64,000 nt of DNA from Lama glama (taxonomy: Eukaryota), in assembly GCA_028534125.1 (NCBI GenBank), contig CM052818.1:16866001-16930000 (forward strand), in the 5' to 3' direction. Made by a program: the position numbers and the translations under genes. This document shows, in pieces, positions 13,521 through 24,211 of this stretch. Numbering within the stretch: the first letter of the stretch is position 1; the number at the start of each line of letters is the position of its first letter. A model generated the notes under the pieces. The model ran no database searches and was not told where the DNA came from. It saw only the letters and a list, made by a program, of their open reading frames with translations.

Positions 13521-13693
13521 CAGTCCCCACTCCAGGGACTGGTTGAATCTCTGGATATGGAACTAGAGACATGGAGGGCTGACTGTACTACACCATTTTA
13601 TATAATATAGGACTTGAGCAACCAAGGATTTTGGTATCTGTAGAGCAGTGAGGTCCTGGAACGAATCCCTGTGGATACCAAGGGAAGACTGTA
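13521..13693. mobile_element. MER2-like TcMar-Tigger relic
   Basis: 'gacttgagcaaccaaggattttggtatctg...ggtcctggaacgaatccctgtggataccaagggaagactgTA' is a Tigger-type end followed by TA. Confidence 0.8.
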
Positions 13694-14436
13694 CTAGCAG
13701 AAAGGATAACATTCTACCTCTGCTTTCTTCCCTCAGATAGTAGTAATGACCATTTTTAGAACAAAAATAGTGGAAATTTTCCAGGCGATCCAGAAACTTT
13801 ATTTTCCAAGGAACACGTAATGACTAGGAAAGTTCTTCCCTCTCAAGAAAATAAAGTCTGGTAGTTTTGAGCATTTTTTTGGTCTGTTTCATTTTTCATG
13901 CCCCCTGCCAGTGATTTATACAGCTCAAATGTGTGGGGAAAACCAGTTTATTCCTTGACAATGACTTTTTAAGAATGTGAGATAGTTTACTCACCAAATA
14001 ATAAATAGCCCTTTAAGCATGGAGGTGATGAACCTTGCCAAAAGGCAGCGTTTAAAAGCAAAAACTGCTGAGATTAAGAGGACTTCTTTTAGTCTCAGGG
14101 AAGCAAGTAGGTTTCAATTTGTGTATGGAATCAGATTGAATAAAATTAGCTGCCTTCAGTGTGATCTTGAGAAGGTTTCTGTGCTCACTCTGACTGAAGC
14201 AGGAAAGAGTCAAAATAGCCATGAAGGATGATAACTGTGGGCTTACTTCTCATGCATTTTTCATCTGTAATTTGTTTTCTGAGTTTCAAAGAAGCAGAAT
14301 CACGTGACCACCAAGGAAGCTGGTATTTACTGACTGCTTCCTTGTTCCCTGATAAAAACAAGTGGTCTTCCACTTGAGTCTAAATATGTACTTTTTCAAA
14401 AATTAGAATTCAGACATACAATGTAGATTTGAGGGA

Positions 14437-14470
14437 TGTGTGTGTGTGTGTGCACATGCGTGCGCGTGTC
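14437..14470. repeat. (TG)n / alternating purine-pyrimidine tract
   Basis: tgtgtgtgtgtgtgtgcacatgcgtgcgcgtg. Confidence 0.85.
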
Positions 14471-14646
14471 TGTGCTGGAGAAGGTGGAAGTTGTAAACAG
14501 AGGGAGAGATGGAATCCTTTAACCAAGAACTTTCCAGAAAGACCCGGGTTATTTTAATTAAAGTGGTTAAAGTAGTTCCAAGATTTTACATTCTGATTCA
14601 GGAAAATTAATGCACAGGAAGCAACTGCTAAGCTTATAAGACAATG

Positions 14647-15116
14647 TGTCAAAGAGAAATTGCACCAGATAAGTTAAACAGATGAAGATTTTGTTCAAGG
14701 TTATTGCAGTAAGGGTCAAGACTATTTCAATTGGAGAGAAGGGTTCTACTCAACTCCACTGAAACAATAGGTAAACTGGAGAACATGGGTGGGAGAGGTT
14801 GGTCAATGTGATTAGGCTTCTGTCTTGGTGCTTATTAAAGCTAGGCTCCTCCCATCCCCAGAGCGGTCTCCTGTCATTCTTGGTGATTACACATCCAAGG
14901 GATGACTCCCAAGTCCTTGAGAAAGACAGTCCTGGGTTGTAAAACTGGCAACAGTTTGGAAGATTTATATCTCAGAGGGGCAGAGAAATAATTTACAATT
15001 GCAAGTTTCTAAAGTAACTGCTCTACGTAAAGGGAGGTAAGGAGCCTTCTTTAGACAGGAAGAAACCTGTCAAAAGTTTAGTTAAGTTGAGAGGAATGTT
15101 CGAGCCTTCTTGGCCA
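14647..15116 (-). mobile_element. MER67-like ERV1 solo LTR
   Basis: Reverse complement reads 'ttactttagaaacttgcaattgtaaattatttctctgcccctctgagatataaatcttcc...ttttacaacccaggactgtctttctcaaggac', as in MER67; TG..CA ends; near-TSD aatg/agtg. Confidence 0.85.
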
Positions 15117-15959
15117 AGTGTCAAATTAAATTCTGAGTTACGTAGTTCAGGATACACATACAGTAGCATTTCAGAGAGGCTAGAGATCAAAGACGAATCA
15201 ACAGAGTTTTCTGGGAGTTGGAAGGATTTGAGTTGCTCTTTGAAAAATCTGTAACTGGAAAGACAGAAAGGCATTTTCGTCAAGAGCAGCGCAGTGAGTG
15301 ATGACAGGAAGGACAGAGTAAGTCTATGGGGAACCACCTGGGACTCACTTTTGTTAAGACAAGTCTATTCCTCAGTTTTAGATCAACTTAAAGTCTCCTT
15401 TTCTCCCTTCCTGTAAGTCCCAGAGTTCCAGTTGTTTTGTCTTCCTTAAAGCTGCCAGTTCATGCACTAACCAGTGGGGTTCTTTCCCTCCAGGAGTGTA
15501 CAGTGGGAGTCAGACTACCCTGCCACTTCTACTGCCTGCGAAGACAAGCCTTGGTAGATTTGTTCTATTAATTATTTCCCCCTAATCATTTTCAGGTCTG
15601 AAAGGCATGCCAGATATGGGGAATTTCAAAACAAAATAAATCATATTAACGCTCTCCAATCCTCAAGTCAGAGTCCTTTCTGGCCTGGAACTGGAAACCC
15701 CACAGGATTTTTCCTTCAGGCTTTTGTTTTAAAGCTCATTAGCCCTCAGCTGTCCTTCAAACTTTCTTCCACCTTGAAAATTGTAGGTGAGGAGTAAGTC
15801 AGCTACTTGCCCACCAAGCCAAGGTGGAGCAGTAGGGGCCAGTGCTTCTCAATCATGTAATTAGCATTTTTGTAGAGCAGCACACAAGATGATAGCCCTG
15901 ACCCCATGGAGGATGCCTTTTGCAGGGACTCCTAGTATGGGGAGGACAAATGGCAGAAT

Positions 15960-16130
15960 GCCAGCGGCTTGGAGCTTTGGCTGTGGAATCAGACCTGCTT
16001 TCAATCCAAGTTCTTTCAACTACTTGCCATGTCTCCTTGATAGATTATACATTCTGTCTCTGTGCCAGTTTCCTGATTTATTCATGAAAATGAGGGACTC
16101 ATAAAATCATATATTCGTCTTGAATTGTTA
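15960..16130 (+). mobile_element. MIR SINE
   Basis: 'ggctgtggaatcagacctgctttcaatcc...tctctgtgccagtttcctg...aaaatgaggga'. Confidence 0.7.
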
Positions 16131-16328
16131 CTTTCTTAGTAAAGGCCATGTGTATGTGAATATGTATACAAAAATACATACGAGCTTTAGAAGGTACAGA
16201 GATGTCTTAGGAATGTTGAGACAAATACAGTAGCGTAAGCTAAATATAACACACGATTCATATCTTTAAAGCAAGAAAAAAAAATTATTACTTGCAGACC
16301 AGGAGTCATTAACTGGCTAGTGCAGTAG

Positions 16329-16361
16329 ATTGATTTGAGTGAGCAAATTGATTTGAGTGAG
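16329..16361. repeat. 15-bp direct repeat, 18-bp period
   Basis: attgatttgagtgag at 16329-16343 and 16347-16361. Confidence 0.85.
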
Positions 16362-17006
16362 AAGTGCTTCTTCTTTTCATTTTGAGAATACCAATTCAAG
16401 ACAGATCTGTGACAGCTTCAGTTGCTGAGAATTCCGTAAAATATTGTATGTTTTACTGATACTTGAAAAAACAAAACAAAACAAAAACCAACCTGGTGGT
16501 TGTGTATAGGGGTCACCTGTGGTTCTGGAAAAAAATTTTTAAGAAGTATGGAATTACTGACCAAATCAATGGGAATTTTTATCTAAGTCAGCTCTACAGA
16601 TCTCCTTTTCTCCTGTCTCCCACCTCCCACAGCTAGTCACCCACTGTTAGATGCTAGAAAAAAAATTTTACTGTGAAAAACAACACTGAACCAGTAATCT
16701 CTAAAATAAGTCAGCAACATTGAAATATGCTATTAGCAGTTGATTGTAAGCTAACAAATTCATGGGCTGTGCTGCTGCTGAAAAATCATCACTTTTGTCA
16801 TTCAGTCAAAGTGAGCTTTCATATGATTTTCCTCTTCTTTCCTCTAAAACACACACAAAAAGCCTTTATTTTCCTTTCAGTTGTTGTCAGAGTGGATATT
16901 TATACGAGCCATGCCCATGAAGGGGAGAGGAATGTGCATATTAGAATTACTTAAGGAATTATTTCAAACTCATATTTCAGACATCACCTTTTTTTAATCT
17001 GCTACT

Positions 17007-17270
17007 GCATTCATTTAATATTTATTAAGCATCTATTATGTCCTCAGGAACCATTCTAGGCAGTAATATATAAAGGTAAATAGGTGGTAAGGACCCTCAT
17101 CTCCTGAAGTTTAAATTTGCGATGGGGAACAGATACCTAACAGGTAATCAAATGAACAAGATAATTTAAGATGGTGAAAATTGCCCTGAAGAAAGTAAAC
17201 CATCATGTTTTAATAGAGAGTGACTGGGATGGAGGAATTTTTGATTGGATGGTCAGGGAGGATTCCTTAA
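17007..17270 (-). mobile_element. L2 3' region
   Basis: 'cattcatttaatatttattaagcatctattatgtcc...ccattctaggc...ggatggtcagggagg'. Confidence 0.8.
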
Positions 17271-17425
17271 TGTATCTAAATCATTTTCTCCTTTGGAAAA
17301 TGATCATTTTAACACCTACCAGATAAAATTAATGTAAAGATTAAAAGTGATAATGTATTTTAATTGCTTGGCTCATAATAAGTACTCAAAAATTAGTAAG
17401 TATTCAATAAATGGCAGTTATTATT
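17271..17425 (+). mobile_element. MIR 3' half
   Basis: 'aaagattaaaagtgataatgta...tggctcataataagtactcaa...tattcaataaatggcagttattatta'. Confidence 0.65.
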
Positions 17426-17838
17426 ACAATGGGTTGTGGCTTGGCACCTCTGGGGATAAGGATATTATCTAGAATGTTTCCCTAAATTCATCCAAACGAC
17501 AAGACTCTCTTCTGTTCTTATCAAAGCCAGTTGTTAGAATTCAGGGATTAGTCAAGGATGGCTAAACCATGCTATGTGATGAATGTGTTTACTAGGTAGT
17601 TCTCTTATCAGTCCTCACCCTATGATGCTTCCTCTGACCTGGGGAAGTCCGTTCACCACTTTTCTTGTGTGAAGGGTCACATATCAGCTATTCTAGTAAC
17701 CAGGGGAACATGGAGGAATTAGAGCCAAAGATTAAATTATCTTCAAGAGAAATCCTTATAATGCAATTTCTAACTGTAGTAAAATAATCTTTTCCCACTT
17801 ATCAGTATACACTGCTTTTTTGTATAAGAAATGGTTGA

Positions 17839-18094
17839 GGGAATAAATTTGGGAGTTTTGAGATTTACAAATGTTAGACACTATATATAAAAATAGATTT
17901 TAAAAAGTTTCTTTTGTATAGCACAGGGAACTATGTTCAATGTCTTGTAATAACCTTTAATGGAAAAAAAACTTACGAAAATATGTATGTATATGCATGA
18001 CTGGGATATTGTGCTGTACACCAGAGACAGGCACATTGTAGTTGACTGTACTTCAATTTAAAAAAAAATAACAAAACTTAAAAAAAAAAAACCC
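17839..18094 (+). mobile_element. 5'-truncated camelid-type L1 3'UTR with A tail
   Basis: 'tatagcacagggaactatgttcaa...gctgtacaccagag' then A-rich tail; TSD aagaaatggttga (17826-17838) / aacaattggttga (18095-18107). Confidence 0.85.
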
Positions 18095-18104
18095 AACAAT
18101 TGGT

Positions 18105-18584
18105 TGATGCCAAATGCCTGCTCTTCAAATACCACCAACACAATCTGTTCATAAGACAAAGTTAAATACATTGCTTACTGTGGTAAGGGAGCCCACCTAG
18201 ACTGGGCTATTGGCAGTGTCTCAGAGGAGTAAAGACAAAGTCAGAATAAACTGTGAATTAGAAGTTTGGTTTAAGGTGGGTCTTTCAGTGTAGCGACTTG
18301 ATTGATAGTGGGTCAAGATCATAAGGTAACAGTTTAGGATTGGTAGAAACAGCACTGGCAGGATTTTGAGCTAAGGGGTTCAGAAGAGTCTTAGGCATTG
18401 ACTGTTTGTTGATACTTCCTGTCAAAGTCTGGATGAGTCCTTTCAGTATTTCTCTCAGTCAAGTTATTTGCTGGGGCATGAGTCTCCTAGAATAGTTAAG
18501 TTAGGCTAATGAGAACAATGGAATAGTAAAGACACGTTAATGTAAGCACTAAGGTGGGTAGAGAATAGGTAGTTTCATTTCTCA
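18105..18584 (-). mobile_element. Old ERV1-like solo LTR (MER110/LTR78-like; family uncertain)
   Basis: TGA...TCA termini; 'acaaagttaaatacattgcttactgtggtaagggag' resembles a reversed polyA/U5 region; no clear TSD. Confidence 0.6.
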
Positions 18585-19467
18585 GTGGGAATTACCACTG
18601 TGAAATCAGTGAAATGAAATCAGAAGCCCTTGGGACAGTTCCACCACAGACAGGGGTACGTACATATTAAGCTTATGGGGGGAAAGTCTGAAGTCCCCAT
18701 GACAGAGGGAAGTCCCTCCATCTTTAGTTCAAAACTGAAACAACTTTTTTCAATTGTTTTCTCATATTTTGTGATCAGCTTGTTTTGTTCTGTGAGATGA
18801 GGAAACTAGACTTAAACACTACAAGCAGGAATTTAATTTATTGAAAAATATTGTGCCTTATATTAAGGCTTCAATTTTTTGATATTGTAAACATTTTGAT
18901 AAGCCTCTATTGGGGGAAACAAAATTAAAGGAATTAAAGGTTTGCTGAAGAAGAGTCATGGTGATACCCTTCCAAGGGAGATGGGAGCTTGAATGATGTG
19001 GTTTCCTGGCCCTGCATGCATGTTATAGCTGAGATAGTTGGCACCCTCCAAAGAGCTTCCAGCCTTCTGATAGACATAATGAGTACTATACACATAGACG
19101 TCACCTTCACTACTTTCAGACTTGTGTAAATGATTTGATGTCTCTGTAATAAATACCGAAGGGACTAGGATCAGCATAGAATCTTCTAACGGAAACTACT
19201 TGTGAAATCCTAAGAACTGAACTGTCACAGCTTCCAAAGACCTGCTTTACTAGCAGAAGTAGAAAGTAATATTTACTGATGTGGGAGTTTGTAATGAAGA
19301 CATGAGTCTTCCTTCATAGACGCAGTATACTTGAAGGGATTCTGTGGAGGTGATTCCTTGAACGTTTAGAGATAGACTACTTTGGGGTCATCTTCATACC
19401 TTATTTTCCTAATTAGTAGTTGGTTACCAATCAATTGCTCACAGACAATTTGACCAGGATATTGAGA

Positions 19468-20040
19468 TGATACAGAAAAAAGAATGTGGGGCAAGAGGAT
19501 AGCCATGTCCCAGGTCTCAGCTGAGTCCCTGGAATGTGCCCTGCCAAGTGTGGGTCCTTGGCTTCACACAGGAAAGAATTCAAGAGCGAGCCACAGCGAG
19601 TAAAGGTAGATTTATTCAGAGATATACGTACTCTGAAGACACGGTGCAGTTCGTCTCGCTCAGAAGGGAGAGCAGCCCCGAGGTGAAGGGGTTGTTAGTT
19701 TTAATGGGCTCGTTGGTAGCTTCATAAGCTAACAAGTGGAAGAATTATTCCAAATACTTTTGGGGAAGGAGCTGAAGTTCTCAGGAATTGGGCCACCACC
19801 CGCTCTTTGACCTATTATGGTTAGCCTCAGAACTGTCACGGTGCTTGTGGGAGTGCCATTTACCATGTTACTATATTACAGCCGAGTGTATAATGAAGCT
19901 CAAGATCTACTGGAAGTCAAATCTCCCGCCCTCTTGGGCCTCAAGTCCTACTAGGAGTTGAATCTCCACCATCTTGGTGTTAATTGTGGTGTCATTCATT
20001 CCTTGGATGGCTGTGCCCTGTCCCCTTCCTTCCTGTCTCA
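19468..20040 (-). mobile_element. MER41-like artiodactyl ERV1 solo LTR
   Basis: Reverse complement starts 'tgagacaggaaggaaggggacagggcacag' and ends '...tttttctgtatca'; minus-strand AATAAA at 19611-19616; 'caggaaagaattcaagagcgagccacag' is typical of MER41-related U5. Confidence 0.85.
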
Positions 20041-22532
20041 CAACTACCATCAGTAGCATCAGGTTAGTTTCCAGGGACAGAACAATAAATATTTATACAT
20101 TAAAGTTGATTATCCTGATGGTGACATCTTGATGCCATGTTGCATTTTTTCTCTATTGGGTAATTTTGACTGGGATCCCCATAAATTTTTGGTGCTAGCT
20201 TATTCAGCTTTCTGTAGTTTACTTATGGAGTCAAATTCAAAGACTTAAATATTACACAACATGCTGTTTACTTAGATTTGTCCTGTATTCTGTAAAGATG
20301 ATTATGAAATATCCTTCTAGGTTGTTGCCACCCTCCATTAGTTGTGAGAATGTGTCTCCTTCAGCCTCTCACCTTTCCCTGATATAGTAATATTAACATG
20401 TATCTATGATCTAAATTAGACCGTGAATAGTAATAGAAAACCATTTGCAGGGGATAAATATGGCAGGGCCGAGTGGCAGGTGATGACTTAGTGAAACTTG
20501 ACTGGTGAGCAGTTCTGCTGGTGACAGATAACTTGCCCACTCACAGATGAGGGGCCCAGAAAAAGGCAGGCAGTAGACTCAAACAGCCTCTGTAAGTGGA
20601 GGATCACTTGGGATCTGAACAACCAGTAAAAAATTCAGCTAAGTTAGTTCTTTGATATTAAATCGTCAAATGAAAGATTCTTTGCATAAATTGTGTTGTT
20701 TAATGTAAACCAATTTTGATCAATAAGGCATAGGTATGTCCACACATGAGACTTTGTTTCTTCCACGAACTGTTTACCTAAATGGGATTATCCTTCATTA
20801 AGTTAAATGTCAAATACATGCATTCTAGTGTTAATGAACCGTTATGCAACACAAGAGCAGGAAATGAGTTCCAAGAATATGAAGAGCTTATGCAATATAC
20901 TGTGCAATTTCTCCATAAACACTTCGGGTTATAAGAATTACAGAATTTTTTTTTTCAAAGAAGTCACAAAAATATTAGATGTGCTTATTCTACAACTGCC
21001 AGCTAAACCATAAACAACACTTAGTTTATGTTTATGGCAGCTTATGGCAAAAACTGTTGCCATTTGTCTTGCCAGAAAACAAGTGTTCATAGTAACAGAT
21101 ATTAAAAACTGAGGTAAATGTTCTGTGACTAACATAGAGTGTTCACATAGAGAGATTTTAGCAATGATAACATGTCCACATATACACACACATATGTAAC
21201 ACTGACTTTTAGACAGTGACCTCTTGCTTGGCTTGATCCCAATAAAAGGGTAAGAAAAAGTTAAAATTCGTTAAATGGCAGCAAGAAGAAGTGTGAATGT
21301 GGCAGTTAATTTGATTTTTGCAAGTAGCTCGCTAATAAATGGAGATAGAAAAATCTAGTTATGGCTGGAAATTTCAAATTCCTCCAACAATAAAGCTGTG
21401 TCATACTCATGACACATACTGATGTATGGAGATAAATTGCCTGTCACTTAGTGTGGAAGATACTGCTTAGGTTGTACATTAGGTGCATATTAAGTTGTAG
21501 AGAAGCGCACATTTAGTCTGCCTGTTTCCTCTAGGTAATGTAGCTCATTCATAATGTCATTTTCTTGGATGTGCTGAAGTGGGTATGTGAGCATAGAAGT
21601 TATTTATACATTAACATGGTATGTAGAGCATCACTGTTTTCCACTCTGCAGAGGGGCACAGGCAAAAGTGACAGGGCTGAATTTATGCAGGTTCTAAAAA
21701 GCAACTCCAGTTCTAATTAGCATTTCTTCTTGAGTCTGGAATGGGGTGAAAGGAGTAAATTTCACATCTGAGATGAAATCTTTGTCTTCTTCTGACAGCC
21801 TACTTATACAAATTGGTTGGGTCAGCCTGACAAACGGAATGCTTCAAAGTTTCCTCTTACAACACGGAACCCTAAAGTCTTTTCTAAGATAGACTCTCAG
21901 ATAATTAACATGGGGTTTCTGTACAGTTATTCATTTCTGATGAATCTCCCACTTCTAAAATGATGTGATGCAGCTTATTTATAGTTGGAAGAATTTTAAT
22001 TGTCCATGGCACCCCTCTTTAGTGTACAACTACTAACCCACTCACATGTTATCTAAAGTTGCACGAGGCAATGTACAGAGTGAGTGCCCCATCCGATAAG
22101 GACGTAGTAAGTATGTAATTGAATTTAGTTTTACAGGCAAGCCATGATTTGTCCTTCCTTTAGGCCCTCAGCATGAGCTCCCTTTTATTGTCATAATCTC
22201 TCTGTACCATCTGGACCTCTATAAAGATGTTGGTCTCAGCGGTGAAATGAAAGACAAGGAGGATACTAAATAAAACTTACATAGTGAGAGAAAATTGTTA
22301 TTGTTGATGCTAATCATAAGTGTATCTTTTGAGCTTTCCACCTAAGGATATTAAAAGATTCTCTCGACATCAGTCTTAGTCTCAGTTTTGGGATTGATGG
22401 CAATGTTGCTGCACAAGGAGGTTAAACAGTTTGACAGATACCAAATGATGAGACATGAAATGGATAATTTTTTTTTTTCACTCATTCGTTTAGCAAACAT
22501 TGGTACGTTCTACGTGGAGGTAATGATCTAAG

Positions 22533-22667
22533 TAGTGTGACTGTATAATTTGTCATTCAGTCTGGGGCACTGGTAAGAGTTAAAGGGGGAACTATTAATA
22601 GTTACACCATGATAAGGGGCATATAAACTAGGACCACTGTAGGAAACAAGGAAACAGTGTCATCTCA
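22533..22667. mobile_element. MER94-like hAT-Blackjack MITE
   Basis: 'tagtgtgactgtataatttgtcattcagtctggggcactggtaagagttaaagggggaactattaatagttac' matches MER94. Confidence 0.75.
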
Positions 22668-22724
22668 TTTCTTGGCAACGAAAAGATGCAAAGAGGTTTT
22701 AATGCTTATAGCATGCCTCAAACA

Positions 22725-23043
22725 TGCATTCTTTAGGTCTTTGCTCAAGTGTCAAATATCAACTTAAAATACAGCAGCCTTCCTTCACTATCCTAATTAA
22801 AATGACAACAACCCTGAGTGTTCCCTAGTCCTTGCTCCCTGTCTTAGTTTTCTCCTTTGTACTTATCACCTTCCAATATACCATATAATGTATTTGGTGT
22901 CTTTCTTCTCTGTTTCTCTTCATTAGAAGATAAGCTCAAAGTTGGCAGGAATTTGCATGTGCTTTCTTCATTGCTCTGTTCTCAGCATGTAGAGGAATGC
23001 CTCACATATAGTAAATGCTTAGTAAATACTTGCTGAACGAGTG
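22725..23043 (+). mobile_element. L2 3' region
   Basis: 'ctttaggtctttgctcaagtgtca...cattagaagataagctc...atagtaaatgcttagtaaatacttgctgaacga'. Confidence 0.8.
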
Positions 23044-23044
23044 T

Positions 23045-23170
23045 ATTCATCCAAATGGAGCATCAATTTTTGTGTTAGGCCATCGTTCTAGATGTTAGAG
23101 GTACTAAACTGCATAAAAATCTTTCTCTGCCTTCATGAGCCTCCCAGATTAGTTGGAAGAAAACATTATT
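23045..23170 (-). mobile_element. L2 3' end, tail-to-tail with the previous copy
   Basis: 'ggagcatcaatttttgtgttaggccatcgttctagatg...ctctgccttcatgagcctcccagattagttgg'. Confidence 0.6.
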
Positions 23171-23765
23171 CTTTACAAGTGAAATCAACAAAGAGATGTG
23201 TAATGATGTCTACAGGTGTTTGTAAGATTGGTACCTTAGGAGGTTGTATCATTCCAATATTATGAAAAAAATGTAACGAAAAAACTTTGTCCTACTTTTA
23301 TTTTCTGCTCAATTTTGTTGTAAAATTTTAATAATATTTCTTAAGTGTCACATCACCTTGCATATCATAGCAAATGGATCATTTGATAAAAATCAAGTAT
23401 CAAGTGGCTTAATAAGTGTCAATTTCATCTTAAAGATTAAAAAAAACAGCTTAAGAAATTGGAGTGTGGCTTCTTAGAAAGAATGGAAAGGGAAGCAGAG
23501 TACTAATATTTATTTTCAGTTTTAACAAAAGTCTCTAAATAAAAGGTAGCTTAAAGGAAAGAACTTTTGATGTACCTTTTAACATTGAGAATTTTCAGTC
23601 TATCAAGAGAGGAAGAAGCAATCCCAAACTTGTAGTCTAAGAACGCCACACTATTGTTTTTAGAATTCTGCCCTGAGTAGCTGTGGGATCTTGGACAGCA
23701 AGACACATCATCCTTTTTGTACATCAGCTCTTTGGCTTTTGGAATCAAAAGTTCTCTAAGGTTCC

Positions 23766-24211
23766 TTTTTCAGTTTCCTAATGTGGCAGTATCAAAGTAC
23801 CAAAAACTGGGTAGCCTAAAGTAACAGGGAATTATTTTCTCGCAGTTTTGGATGCTAGAACTCTGCTGTCAGAATATCGTCAGGGCATGCTCTTCCTAGC
23901 AGCTCTAAAGGAGAATCATTCTTTGCCTCGTCTAGCTTCTGGTGTTTTCTGCCAACCCTTGGCATTCTTTGGCTTGAGGATGCATTCATTACTCAAGTCA
24001 CATGGGTGTCTTTCCGTGTATCTTCACATTGTCTTCCCTCTATATGTGTCTGTCTACTTTTTCTTTTTTCATAAGGACACTAGTCATATTGGACTAGGGC
24101 CCACCCAGTTGATCTCATTTTGACTTGATTACCTCTGCAAAAACCGTATTTCCATGGAAGGTCACATTTTGAAATATTGAAGACTAGAACTAAATAGTAC
24201 AACCTCTAACA
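23766..24211 (-). mobile_element. MLT1C-like MaLR solo LTR
   Basis: 'aaagtaccaaaaactgggtagcctaaa...ataaggacactagtcatattggactagggcccaccc...gattacctctgcaaa'; 5-bp TSD GTTCC (23761-23765 and 24212-24216). Confidence 0.9.

Noticed and set aside
17576..17637. C/D-box snoRNA-like GTGATGA...CTGA
   Set aside because: No terminal stem and no recognisable rRNA/snRNA guide sequence.
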